From: an uncultured virus (IMG/VR IMGVR_UViG_3300043395_001987) | Taxonomy: Duplodnaviria; Heunggongvirae; Uroviricota; Caudoviricetes | Length of the DNA: 64,000 bases | IMG/VR virus record: IMGVR_UViG_3300043395_001987 | Coordinates: 1 to 64,000 of that record | Reading direction: 5' to 3' (one strand) | Shown: one piece after another, positions 35,301-43,646 of the stretch | Position numbering within the stretch: the stretch's first letter is position 1 | Layout of the letters: each line of letters begins with the position of its first letter | Notes under the pieces: model-generated | What the model was told of the DNA's origin: nothing | Databases searched by the model: none | What the model saw: the letters and a program-made list of their open reading frames with translations, nothing else | Position numbers and translations under genes: made by a program

Positions 35301-36679
35301 GAATCATAGAATATATCATTCTCATTAATAAACATCTTTGTAACAGATGTATAGGTATTACTATCAAACTTATAATGACCTGCACCCGGATCTGTATTTG
35401 ATGTATTTGCACTAAATTTATAATTAAATGATGCACCACCAAAGTTACCTGTTGTACCTTGTGGACCTTGAACACCTCTAGAACCCGCGTAACCTATAAT
35501 ACCTTGTGAACCTACAAAACCTGAAGAGCCAGTATAACCTTGCGATCCACCATAACCAGTTGCACCACGTGAACCTTGATAACCTTCAGATCCTCTATAA
35601 CCAGTTTCACCTTGGGTAGTACCAAAATATCTTACTTCAATCTCAGCACCATTTTGAGGTGCATATGCCAGTGTTAGTTCTGTTCCAGCTACTGTATAAT
35701 CAACAGTAGGTGTTTCTAAAATACCATTAACAAAAACAAAGATATGATTAGGATCAGAGGTAGAATCTGATAAAGTAAATTGTGTATTGCTTCCGTTAGC
35801 AATATAACGAGATGATTTATATGGTCGACCTGCGCCTTCAGAACCAGTATAACCAATACCTATAGATCCTGTATAACCTATAGAACCGGTATAGCCGTCT
35901 TGACCACCTGAAGGTCCTTGTGGTCCAACTGCACCCACTGAACCCTGATAACCTGTAAGACCTAACGAACCCTGATATCCAACTGAACCGGTATAACCTA
36001 CAGAACCTTCTGATCCTTGATAACCTGGTGATCCTATTGTAATATCAAAATATCTTACCTCAATCTCAGCATTAAGAGGAGGTGCGTTATTAAAAGTAAT
36101 TGTTGTTCCTGATACTGAATAATCAACATCAGGACTTTCAAGAATACCGTTTGTAAATACTAAAATATGGTTAGCATTGGCAGTATTTTCAGCTAAAGTA
36201 AATACAGTATTGCTGCCATTTCCTGTATATCTAGATGAACTAGAAGGTTTACCTACGAGGCCTGCAGAACCTGTATATCCAGCACCTCTTGAACCTGTGA
36301 AACCTAAGGAACCAGCATAACCTTGTGCGCCACCTGGATCACCTGCAGGTCCTTTATCACCAACTGATCCTGAATAACCTATAGAACCTGAATAACCAGT
36401 ACTGCCTTGAGATCCTGAATAGCCAACATTACCTGCCGAACCGGTATAACCAACACCATCGTTTTCAATATATCTTATTTCAATATCAGTAGAATTAAAT
36501 GGGGTTGACGCTAAATTTATTGTGTTACTATTGACAATAACATAGTCAACATCTGGAATTTGTACAAGACCGTTGACAATAACAAGGATGCTATTGGCTG
36601 AGTTTACTGTCTGTAAAAGTGGGTAGGAATTAGCCGTTCCGTTGGCAGATATTTGTTGACTATTAAAAACCAGAGACAT
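32306..36679 (-). CDS. Long collagen-like fibre (1457 aa) with a C1q/TNF-like C-terminal head
   Basis: Three N-terminal (V/T)NG..(Q/E).P..DY...IE(I/V)RY repeats, very long G-[YF]-[TSV]-G-S-x tracts, C-terminal QSI...W.KV.F....D.....FTP..TGYY domain. Confidence 0.8.
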   Translation of the reverse strand: MSLVFNSQQISANGTANSYPLLQTVNSANSILVIVNGLVQIPDVDYVIVNSNTINLASTPFNSTDIEIRYIENDGVGYTGSAGNVGYSGSQGSTGYSGSIGYSGSVGDKGPAGDPGGAQGYAGSLGFTGSRGAGYTGSAGLVGKPSSSSRYTGNGSNTVFTLAENTANANHILVFTNGILESPDVDYSVSGTTITFNNAPPLNAEIEVRYFDITIGSPGYQGSEGSVGYTGSVGYQGSLGLTGYQGSVGAVGPQGPSGGQDGYTGSIGYTGSIGIGYTGSEGAGRPYKSSRYIANGSNTQFTLSDSTSDPNHIFVFVNGILETPTVDYTVAGTELTLAYAPQNGAEIEVRYFGTTQGETGYRGSEGYQGSRGATGYGGSQGYTGSSGFVGSQGIIGYAGSRGVQGPQGTTGNFGGASFNYKFSANTSNTDPGAGHYKFDSNTYTSVTKMFINENDIFYDSTYSFLQTIDDSTSAIKGQFSINSLDEVGKSSIFNIIGEHQFISNYFIVPVSFVSGNSDYTNESNVVLTFARTGDIGDTGYTGSAGYLGSTGFTGSKGDQGITGYAGSLGYTGSFGYTGSLGYTGSTGYVGSLGFTGSQGDQGVRGYTGSIGYTGSIGYTGSKGDIGYTGSYGDLGYTGSIGYTGSIGYTGSFGYTGSKGDIGYTGSYGDLGYTGSFGYTGSIGYTGSEGFTGSKGDQGIQGNIGPLGYSGSLGYSGSLGYTGSQGIQGVLGYTGSQGTGFTGSEGYVGSQGDLGYTGSQGAGYVGSQGDQGFTGSQGDTGPAGPQGDIGFTGSVGDLGYTGSTGAGYVGSEGYVGSQGDLGYTGSIGYTGSQGDRGFTGSQGIEGQPGQFAGYNYLFYFSANTEAADPGTGTLRFSNTTFNNANTLYINKNALDLTYIFNSLLVIGASTSGIKGHFKITSSTNTNNYALFAIINSPIDNSTYSTVPISFLSGDSSIPDATISVLTLARIGDRGDAGYVGSVGSQGGYGYTGSIGYTGSIGYTGSVGYAGSQGEIGYSGSLGYSGSQGDLGYTGSQGDLGYTGSTGAGYVGSQGDVGYAGSQGDQGFTGSTGAGYDGSQGYVGSRGDLGYTGSIGYTGSRGDTGFVGSQGDKGFTGSRGIGFTGSLGYTGSQGEVGYVGSEGIANVIVSDTTPAIQWDGLLWLDSNTGILSIYYEPEQVWLGITAGGPPGEMGFTGSAGPAGGYTGSAGTNGYTGSQGSIGLTGPQGPAGSLGYTGSTGAGFTGSTGFTGSTGSAGFTGSIGSGYVGSQGDIGYSGSLGFTGSVGDAGYVGSEGYVGSVGYVGSQGAIGYTGSQAVVTGSNFGLRKTTQQSIANNNWTKVTFNTTDYDLNAEVASSSFTPQQTGYYHLEGHVSFSGLTNSNTGTVSIAIYKNGSALRNGMKIPAYGTSVAVTISEIVYASASDYFELFVYQNAAAGSQLTDNTPTASQPRFTGRFIRN
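32740..35610 (-). repeat. Degenerate 18-bp coding tandem repeats (collagen-like hexapeptide G-[FY]-T-G-S-x)
   Basis: Dozens of GAACC(A/T)GT(A/G)TA(A/T)CC-like units. Similar tracts at about 5690-6000, 22000-22400, 23880-24120, 25880-26050, 28080-29740 and 31990-32160. Confidence 0.9.
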
Positions 36680-36682
36680 TTA

Positions 36683-36711
36683 TTGCCTTATTTTTTATCT
36701 AGATATATAAT
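36683..36711 (+). promoter_or_regulatory. Sigma70-type promoter for the triple glycosyltransferase
   Basis: TTGCCT-17 bp-TATAAT. Confidence 0.65.
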
Positions 36712-36726
36712 GATAGAATTCTGAGA

Positions 36727-36734
36727 TATTTATG
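36727..36734 (-). promoter_or_regulatory. Late promoter-like CATAAATA for the 36679 fibre gene
   Basis: NATAAATA on the minus strand in the divergent intergenic region. Confidence 0.5.
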
Positions 36735-36754
36735 TTTTTATAATGAGGTATATT

Positions 36755-39529
36755 ATGAACCTTCCCAATATTGCTATACTTGATTTGATAGGCCTGGTTT
36801 ACGATGGCACAACTCTCCAAAAAAGAGGTTTGGGTGGTTCAGAATCTGCAGTTATTCTTATTTCAAAAGAACTAGCTAAACTAGGATTTCCTATTACTGT
36901 TTTTAATGCTTGTGATGTGGATGATGCAAAATCAGGAATTTATGATGGTGTAATTTATAGACCCATCTCAAGTTTAAATTCTAATGATAAATTTGATATT
37001 GTAATATCATCTAGAACGGTTGTTCCTTTTGTTCCTGATCATTATTATGATGCATTTGCAACAGCAACAAGACATCATCCAAGCCTTTTTAAAACAATCA
37101 GAGATAATGCAGAACTTAAGATTATGTGGATGCATGATACTTTTGCATCAGGTGATCTTAATTTAGAAGATCTATTAGTAAATGGATTTATTGATAAAAT
37201 CTTTACATTATCAGATTTTCATACTGCTTATGTTACTAATTGCAATCATGGCCGCCGACGCAATTTTGAAGTGTTAAAGAATAAAGTATTTCAAACAAGA
37301 AATGCTATTGTTAATTATATTGATGAGGTTGATATTGGTGCAAAAGATAGAAATCTTTTTGTTTACAATGCTTCCGTTACAAAAGGCATGTTGCCTCTTA
37401 TTGATGGTATATGGCCTCAAGTAAAAAGATATATCCCTGATGCTAAATTAAAAATAGTTGGAGGATATTATAAATTTAGAGACGATTCACCTTTAGATGC
37501 TCAAGGTGAAACTCTTATGAAGCTTGTAAAAGAACAAAAGTATAAAGACCTTGATATTGAATTTACTGGTATTATTACACAAAAAGAAATAGCTGAATTA
37601 CTTGCTAAAGCCAATATGTTTCTTTTCCCTGGTGCCTTTCCAGAAACATTCGGCATATCAACATTAGAATCTTTAACATATAATACTCCTCTTGTGGCTA
37701 CCCGTTTTGGGGCCTTAGAAGAGACAGCTATTGATTTGGCTTCTTACTTTATTGATTATGCAATTGAACCTAATAGCCTGTTTACAGAAATAAACACCCA
37801 AGATCAAATTAATAAATTTGTTGAGAAAGTGTTTAGAGCTTATAATGATCCTTATCTTCATCAACAAAAACAATATTACTGTAATGTAATTAAAGATATC
37901 AATACTTGGGATACTGTTGCCTTACAATGGAAACAATTCTTCCTAAAACAATTTGATATACCTTTACCTGTTAATGAATATCGTAAGGTTACTTACATTA
38001 ATGATAAGGTTCATCGTGTCTATGGTAGAAGGTTTGCTAATAAAGAAGAAGGCCATAATTATAAGTTAGGACATGAACAACCAGTAAGTATTATTACACC
38101 TTTTTATAATGCAGAAAAATATATTGCTAATTGTATTAATTCTGTAGCCTCTCAAGACTATAACAACTATATGATGTACCTGATTAATGATTGTAGTACA
38201 GATAATTCATTAAATATAGCCAAAGAGTGCATTGATAGTTTTCCTAAAGATATTCAGGGTAAATTTGTTATTATTAATAATAAAGCTAATAGGGGAGCAG
38301 TTTATAATCAAATTAGAACCTTAAAAACATTTCCTATTGATGATGATAGTCTTGTTATGTTTTTAGATGGTGATGATTGGTTAAGAGCAGATAATAATAT
38401 ATTTAATTTTTACAATAATCTTTTTGCTAATGATAAAACCGATTATGCTTATGGTAGTTGTTGGTCTTTAGCAGATAATATTCCTTTGATTGCTCAACCC
38501 TATCCTAAAGAAATTAAAAAGAACAAATCATATAGAGAACACAAATTTAATTGGGGAATGCCTTATCCTCATCTTAGAGTCTTTAGAAAAAAATTGATCA
38601 ATAATATTGATGAAGAAGTTTTTAAAGATGAGGTTGGTAATTGGTTTAAAGCAGGTGGAGATAATGCAACTTTTTATAATATAATTGAACAAGCTGATCC
38701 TAATAAGATTGTAGCTGTTCAAGAAATATTTTATAATTATAATGATACAAATCCTATTAATGATTATAAGGTACACGGTGAATTACAAAACCAAAATGCT
38801 GCAAAAATAACGAGTAATTCCAAACCGATCGAGGCCCCTGAAGTTATAGAAAATTTTAAAGAATCTAAAGATATTATTAATCAAGTAGCCAAAGAAATAA
38901 ACAACAAGACAAAGGTAATCAATTCATATATGAAGAAGAAAATTTTAATTGCTATACCTACTGCAAGAAATATAGAGGCTCAAACTTTTAAATCAATTTA
39001 CGATTTAATTATCCCAGATGGATATGAAGCCAATTTTCAATATTTTTATGGATATCAAGTAGATCAAGTACGCAATCTTATAGCTGACTGGGTTGTCAAA
39101 GGCTATGATTATCTCTTTGCTGTTGATTCTGATATTGCTTTTGCACCTGATACATTACTCAAACTTCTATTACATGACAAAGATATTGTTTCCGGTATCT
39201 ATAGACAACGTGTTCCCGAAAGACAAACTTTGGAAATCTTTGAGTCTAATGATAAGGGTGGCTATACTCACATTGATTGGGAAAAGATTAAGGGTAAGGG
39301 AGTTGTTGAGATAGGTGCTTGTGGATTTGGATGCGTTCTTATTAAAAAGAATGTTTTAGCAGATATTGGATATCCACAATTTGCATATAAATCAGCTCTT
39401 GATCATAACCATACTTTCTCAGAAGATTTATATTTTGCTAAAATGGCTTCTGAAAAAGGTTATAGATTCTATGCTGACACTTCTATCGTCTGTGATCACA
39501 TAGGATCATACGTATTCAAAGTATCTTAA
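36755..39529 (+). CDS. Multidomain glycosyltransferase: GT4-like + GT2 + second GT-A domain
   Basis: GLGGSE, W.HD, FPETFGIS.LE (GT4-like); IITPFYNAEKYI..CI.SV..Q, NDCSTD, LDGDD (GT2); ILIAIPT...RN......YDYL..VDSD, GFGC.LIK, SED..F...CDHIG (GT-A). ATG at 36755 follows a GAGGT RBS. Confidence 0.88.
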   Translation: MNLPNIAILDLIGLVYDGTTLQKRGLGGSESAVILISKELAKLGFPITVFNACDVDDAKSGIYDGVIYRPISSLNSNDKFDIVISSRTVVPFVPDHYYDAFATATRHHPSLFKTIRDNAELKIMWMHDTFASGDLNLEDLLVNGFIDKIFTLSDFHTAYVTNCNHGRRRNFEVLKNKVFQTRNAIVNYIDEVDIGAKDRNLFVYNASVTKGMLPLIDGIWPQVKRYIPDAKLKIVGGYYKFRDDSPLDAQGETLMKLVKEQKYKDLDIEFTGIITQKEIAELLAKANMFLFPGAFPETFGISTLESLTYNTPLVATRFGALEETAIDLASYFIDYAIEPNSLFTEINTQDQINKFVEKVFRAYNDPYLHQQKQYYCNVIKDINTWDTVALQWKQFFLKQFDIPLPVNEYRKVTYINDKVHRVYGRRFANKEEGHNYKLGHEQPVSIITPFYNAEKYIANCINSVASQDYNNYMMYLINDCSTDNSLNIAKECIDSFPKDIQGKFVIINNKANRGAVYNQIRTLKTFPIDDDSLVMFLDGDDWLRADNNIFNFYNNLFANDKTDYAYGSCWSLADNIPLIAQPYPKEIKKNKSYREHKFNWGMPYPHLRVFRKKLINNIDEEVFKDEVGNWFKAGGDNATFYNIIEQADPNKIVAVQEIFYNYNDTNPINDYKVHGELQNQNAAKITSNSKPIEAPEVIENFKESKDIINQVAKEINNKTKVINSYMKKKILIAIPTARNIEAQTFKSIYDLIIPDGYEANFQYFYGYQVDQVRNLIADWVVKGYDYLFAVDSDIAFAPDTLLKLLLHDKDIVSGIYRQRVPERQTLEIFESNDKGGYTHIDWEKIKGKGVVEIGACGFGCVLIKKNVLADIGYPQFAYKSALDHNHTFSEDLYFAKMASEKGYRFYADTSIVCDHIGSYVFKVS

Positions 39530-39729
39530 AAATAATTTACAGGCGGTGCTTGGTTAGGAACTGTAGGTGTAGTTCCTAACACATCTGAAGCTTTTTGCTT
39601 TAATATAGAAAGTGGTTCTACAGTCTCACCAATTTTTTTAACTATTACTTTAGTTTCCATTGGTGCAGTTCTTGCAACTGTAACTAATACATTACCATAT
39701 TTTTGTATTACAATCCTTGAGTCACGCAT
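39526..39729 (-). CDS. Hypothetical protein
   Basis: 67 aa, TGATG-coupled to the upstream gene. Confidence 0.5.
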   Translation of the reverse strand: MRDSRIVIQKYGNVLVTVARTAPMETKVIVKKIGETVEPLSILKQKASDVLGTTPTVPNQAPPVNYF

Positions 39730-40055
39730 CAGCGAGTAACCTCGGGATTTACTGTTACAATACCTTCAAGAATTCTTGATGAGACATTGTTTGAATGTAA
39801 TTGAAGATCATATACATAACGGCTATTTGTAAGATTAGCCGTTGATGCAGCATTCATAGACAAGGTTACTAAACCTGATGTGTTTCCCAAAGCAACATTA
39901 ATTGTATAATATGTTGATGATGTATAGGTTTTTCTTATCTGTGCATTTGCAGTATAACCTGATATATCAAAGGCATCACCATTTGAATCAATCAAATAAA
40001 TGTTATGAATAAAATCAGCACCTTGATCTATTACTAGATTAGTCTTTATTGCCAT
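39729..40055 (-). CDS. Conserved small virion structural protein (Ig-like adaptor)
   Basis: NLVIDQGADF...D.SGYT..AQIRK...G.V.LS....T..L...RYVYD...R.LEG.VTV.PEVTR. Confidence 0.75.
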   Translation of the reverse strand: MAIKTNLVIDQGADFIHNIYLIDSNGDAFDISGYTANAQIRKTYTSSTYYTINVALGNTSGLVTLSMNAASTANLTNSRYVYDLQLHSNNVSSRILEGIVTVNPEVTR

Positions 40056-41697
40056 TTTTTAAACTATCTATTTCAGCCTTAAGTTCCTTAATGGCTTCAA
40101 TTAAAAGAGGCACCAATTTATCATACTGAACTGTTAGATATTTTTCATCAACAGGTGCAGGGAATACAGCTTCTGGTAATACTGCTTGAACTTTTTGTGC
40201 CGAAAGACCAACTTGAATCTTCTCATCATCATATCCAAGTTCTTTAGCAGTATCATTACCTTTATAATAGAATCCATCTAGGCTTTGTACTTTTTCAAGA
40301 GCATTCTCAATAGGTCCTATTACATCTTTGAGTCTCTCGTCGGAGTAATAGGCAATAACGTTACCTTTGGCTCTTATTTCACCTTTGTTATTTTGTCCCG
40401 GTGCATTTACTCCAACACCTAAACTTCTAGCTTCAACATCTACATCATCAGGATTAGAACCATGGTTATCGTCAAATCCTAATATGCCATTATCTTCATC
40501 AACAACAACCAATACTTGTTTTATTTTACCTTTTTTATCAGGTAATATTAAATCAAAATTTACATTTGTAGGGGGTGCTAATAATCTTACATAACCTGAA
40601 CCAGCAGCACTTTCTAATCTTATAGCACCTTCAACATGCAAAGCATCAAGTGGTGTGGTAATACCACCAACGCCAAGTGCATTTGCAAAATAAGCTTTTG
40701 TAGTATTAGCAGATAGTATTATAGTGTTACCAGTTGAGGTTCTTGTACCAGGTGTTGCATTTGGAAATACTGTGGCAGTTAAAGTTCCTAAATTCAAATT
40801 TATTACTTCAGCAACTGTATTTGTAAAAACAGAATGTCCAATAGTATTTTGAAAAATATTTCTTGCAAAATTAGATCCACCACCAGCACCATTATACATA
40901 AATGTTATATTTGAGGCTATGGTATTACTATAATATCCGTGTGAGAAATGTCTACCTGCTCCAACGATATCCACATCACCAGCTGAGCCAATACCATTAA
41001 TGAAATAATTATTAGATCCTGCAAATAAAACATTGGCTGTGAAGAGTGAATTACTTCCTGAAATTGAAAGGTTTGAGGTCTTTACTGTACCAACCTTTAG
41101 TTCATAAGCATTAAAATAAGAATTAGTATCACCGGCCGGTAAATTATCATTGTAAGAAATATATACACCGGTTCTGGTAATTATTGTGTTTCCGTCTGCA
41201 GCACCAACAACAAGATTGGCTGCAAAATTAGCACTTACAATATTAGCCTGATTAAATGCTACACTATTTTTATATAAGAAATTATTACCTACAAACAATT
41301 GATCAGTAAAATATGCGGAATTGGTACTAACATTACCTGTTCTGATTACAGTATTACCCATTGAAATAAGGGTTTTAGTATAAGCTGTTGATCCATCAAT
41401 CAACATACCAGATGAAGTAATGATTGCGTTTGATGTAGGACCAGAATTGAATATTAATTGATTTGAATTTGCAATAGCATTAGCTGTACTATTTGTACTT
41501 AAAAATAATGATCCAGCATTAGAAACAAAATAACTGTTGGCATAAAAGGTACCAGTAATAGCAGCATTACCAGGAGCTGTATTAGAATTGGTAGAAACAA
41601 CGTATTGTGCTAAGGCATTAATAACCAAATTGGTTTTTGTTAACCACTGGCCAAATGAATCAGTTGATTGAGTAATAATTCCTACATTGATTGTCAT
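40039..41697 (-). CDS. Fibre protein with a C-terminal intramolecular chaperone (Peptidase S74-like)
   Basis: N-terminal DSF.QW..KTN; C-terminal YSDERLK.....I.NAL.KV..L.G...G.SAQ.V..VLPEAV...Y.KLVPLLIEAIKEL. Confidence 0.85.
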   Translation of the reverse strand: MTINVGIITQSTDSFGQWLTKTNLVINALAQYVVSTNSNTAPGNAAITGTFYANSYFVSNAGSLFLSTNSTANAIANSNQLIFNSGPTSNAIITSSGMLIDGSTAYTKTLISMGNTVIRTGNVSTNSAYFTDQLFVGNNFLYKNSVAFNQANIVSANFAANLVVGAADGNTIITRTGVYISYNDNLPAGDTNSYFNAYELKVGTVKTSNLSISGSNSLFTANVLFAGSNNYFINGIGSAGDVDIVGAGRHFSHGYYSNTIASNITFMYNGAGGGSNFARNIFQNTIGHSVFTNTVAEVINLNLGTLTATVFPNATPGTRTSTGNTIILSANTTKAYFANALGVGGITTPLDALHVEGAIRLESAAGSGYVRLLAPPTNVNFDLILPDKKGKIKQVLVVVDEDNGILGFDDNHGSNPDDVDVEARSLGVGVNAPGQNNKGEIRAKGNVIAYYSDERLKDVIGPIENALEKVQSLDGFYYKGNDTAKELGYDDEKIQVGLSAQKVQAVLPEAVFPAPVDEKYLTVQYDKLVPLLIEAIKELKAEIDSLKNGNKD

Positions 41698-41927
41698 TTA
41701 TTTTCTAATGCCTTTGTTAGAAGATCTTTGATTGAAGAAATATCATTTTTTATAGAATCTATTTCTTCCTTAAGATTATTTATTTCATTTATTTTACTTG
41801 CTTCTAACATTCTTTTTTGTCTTGCTTCTTTGTAAGCTAATAATCCATCTATATCACGGTTTACAAAGGCACCTGGATTACCTCTTTGCTGTACAAATTC
41901 ATCATCTAATACTTTTCTTTTATCCAT
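41694..41927 (-). CDS. Small coiled-coil conserved hypothetical protein
   Basis: GA.VN.D.....Y...R......I..LK.EI..IK.LL pattern, in operon position. Confidence 0.65.
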   Translation of the reverse strand: MDKRKVLDDEFVQQRGNPGAFVNRDIDGLLAYKEARQKRMLEASKINEINNLKEEIDSIKNDISSIKDLLTKALENK

Positions 41928-41929
41928 AA

Positions 41930-43630
41930 TTATACCTGTAATGCTACAGCTCTTACATCACGCATTGTCGGGAAATTAGCACCATCTACTGAGAATATGG
42001 CTATTTTGATAGAGAATGTATCAAAACCTCTATGAATAACACCAGCTGATGTGTAATATGTTAATGTTCCTACAGATATTCCATTAGGGGCATCGCCTAT
42101 TGAATCAAGATATGATACAGTATTTACAGGTGATGAGGGGCGAGATGTTGCAGAAGGTACACCAAATCTATATTCTTTATAATCTTCAAAATCTTTAGGT
42201 GAGCCATATATAGCGCCCAAACCATCAAGATAAGAAAGTTCTGTCCATGGTTTTGTATCAAATACATCAGAATCAGTTTGTGAATTTAAAAATTTACCAT
42301 AAACTTTAATGTTTGTTCCTGGTGGTCTATATCCTGTGATCCAAACCTTTAAATCTTCTGCTACGGCGTCAAGAACTACTGTTTTAGAGATATATTTACT
42401 TCTTGCATTACCATATCTAGTATGTTCATTGGTATCATCATTATTAATATAATTTGTAATATAATCTATTGTCTTGGTAGATAAATCAAGTACAGGTGAA
42501 AGATATTGACTAGAAGTATAAAGACCTATTTCATATGTTGATGTACCTTTTGTACCATATGTGCCGGTTGCTACTTCATTTGAATAACTTCTAATAATTC
42601 TTTCATAATCTCTAAATTCAAACAGGTCTTGATTTTGTATTACTGTACCAACTGAATCTTTTGTCAAAGCTGCTGAATATGTTGCATTACTTGTACCATA
42701 ATATTTAAAATCAGCATATGTACCAATAGGTTCATTCATTTTAAATTTAGGTACAACAGCATTATAGGGAATATCATCAATAGATAATGTTGTTGCATTT
42801 GCTATAAGATTGGATGGTGTTATTAACTGCAGGTTGGCGTAATTTGATGTTCTATAAATTCTTAAATTTTTGTATTTTGTTGTATCAAATTTACCATTAG
42901 AATTTTTAATATGTAAAACCCCTTTACTCTCATCAATATATTTTACAAAGCCTCTTGGGTATTTTGTAGCATCAGTTAAAGTCTGTGTGAGATTTGTTGC
43001 ATTCGCTGCATATACAATATCACCGATGTAAATTGGAACATTATTATCTTTTCTATAGATACCACCTGATGTAGAAAGATCTAATGTAATAAAATCTACT
43101 GTATCATTTCTAAAAGTAACTTTACCGGTACTTACTGGGAATTGTGCAATATACAAATTAAATTTTAAATCTTGTGTCTGAACTGCGGTCCAAGAATTAC
43201 CATTTGATGAAATATAGAGTACTCCAGAATAAGCTTGTTGAGTTACAGACTGACCAGTAAGAACATCTTTTCCTCCAATTTCAGCACACCACATATCATA
43301 ATCAGGAGTATTGTTATCCGGATAAACATAAAAAGCATATGGTTTATCTGTTTGAAGCATTAGGGGTTCTTGAAATTTAAAAATAGTTTCTGCAGATGCA
43401 TCTTCACTTACTAATATATCTTTAGGATATAAATGTCCAGAACCCATTCTTTTAGATGTATCTGGAACACCATTATTTGTTTGAACAACTACACAAAACG
43501 CACCCAGTGAAGAAGATTTATTCTTGAAGAAAACACCTATTTGAGTAAGAAATACACCAGGAAGATTGCCAACTGATGATGCATCAATTGTAAATGTTTG
43601 TGCAATTGGATTTGTTGCTTCTAATGCCAT
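41930..43630 (-). CDS. Baseplate-associated DUF4815/VrlC-like protein, C-terminal part
   Basis: PIAQTF..., G.FLT.I..FF..K, GVL..SSNG..WT..Q..DLKF, SPV.D, KYISK.V.L, D.RA.AL. Confidence 0.7.
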   Translation of the reverse strand: MALEATNPIAQTFTIDASSVGNLPGVFLTQIGVFFKNKSSSLGAFCVVVQTNNGVPDTSKRMGSGHLYPKDILVSEDASAETIFKFQEPLMLQTDKPYAFYVYPDNNTPDYDMWCAEIGGKDVLTGQSVTQQAYSGVLYISSNGNSWTAVQTQDLKFNLYIAQFPVSTGKVTFRNDTVDFITLDLSTSGGIYRKDNNVPIYIGDIVYAANATNLTQTLTDATKYPRGFVKYIDESKGVLHIKNSNGKFDTTKYKNLRIYRTSNYANLQLITPSNLIANATTLSIDDIPYNAVVPKFKMNEPIGTYADFKYYGTSNATYSAALTKDSVGTVIQNQDLFEFRDYERIIRSYSNEVATGTYGTKGTSTYEIGLYTSSQYLSPVLDLSTKTIDYITNYINNDDTNEHTRYGNARSKYISKTVVLDAVAEDLKVWITGYRPPGTNIKVYGKFLNSQTDSDVFDTKPWTELSYLDGLGAIYGSPKDFEDYKEYRFGVPSATSRPSSPVNTVSYLDSIGDAPNGISVGTLTYYTSAGVIHRGFDTFSIKIAIFSVDGANFPTMRDVRAVALQV

Positions 43631-43646
43631 TAATAAATTCCTTAAA

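Noticed and set aside
32740..35610. Regular short DNA repeats resembling a CRISPR array or satellite
   Set aside because: The units are degenerate at third codon positions, lack unique spacers and encode the in-frame collagen-like hexapeptide.
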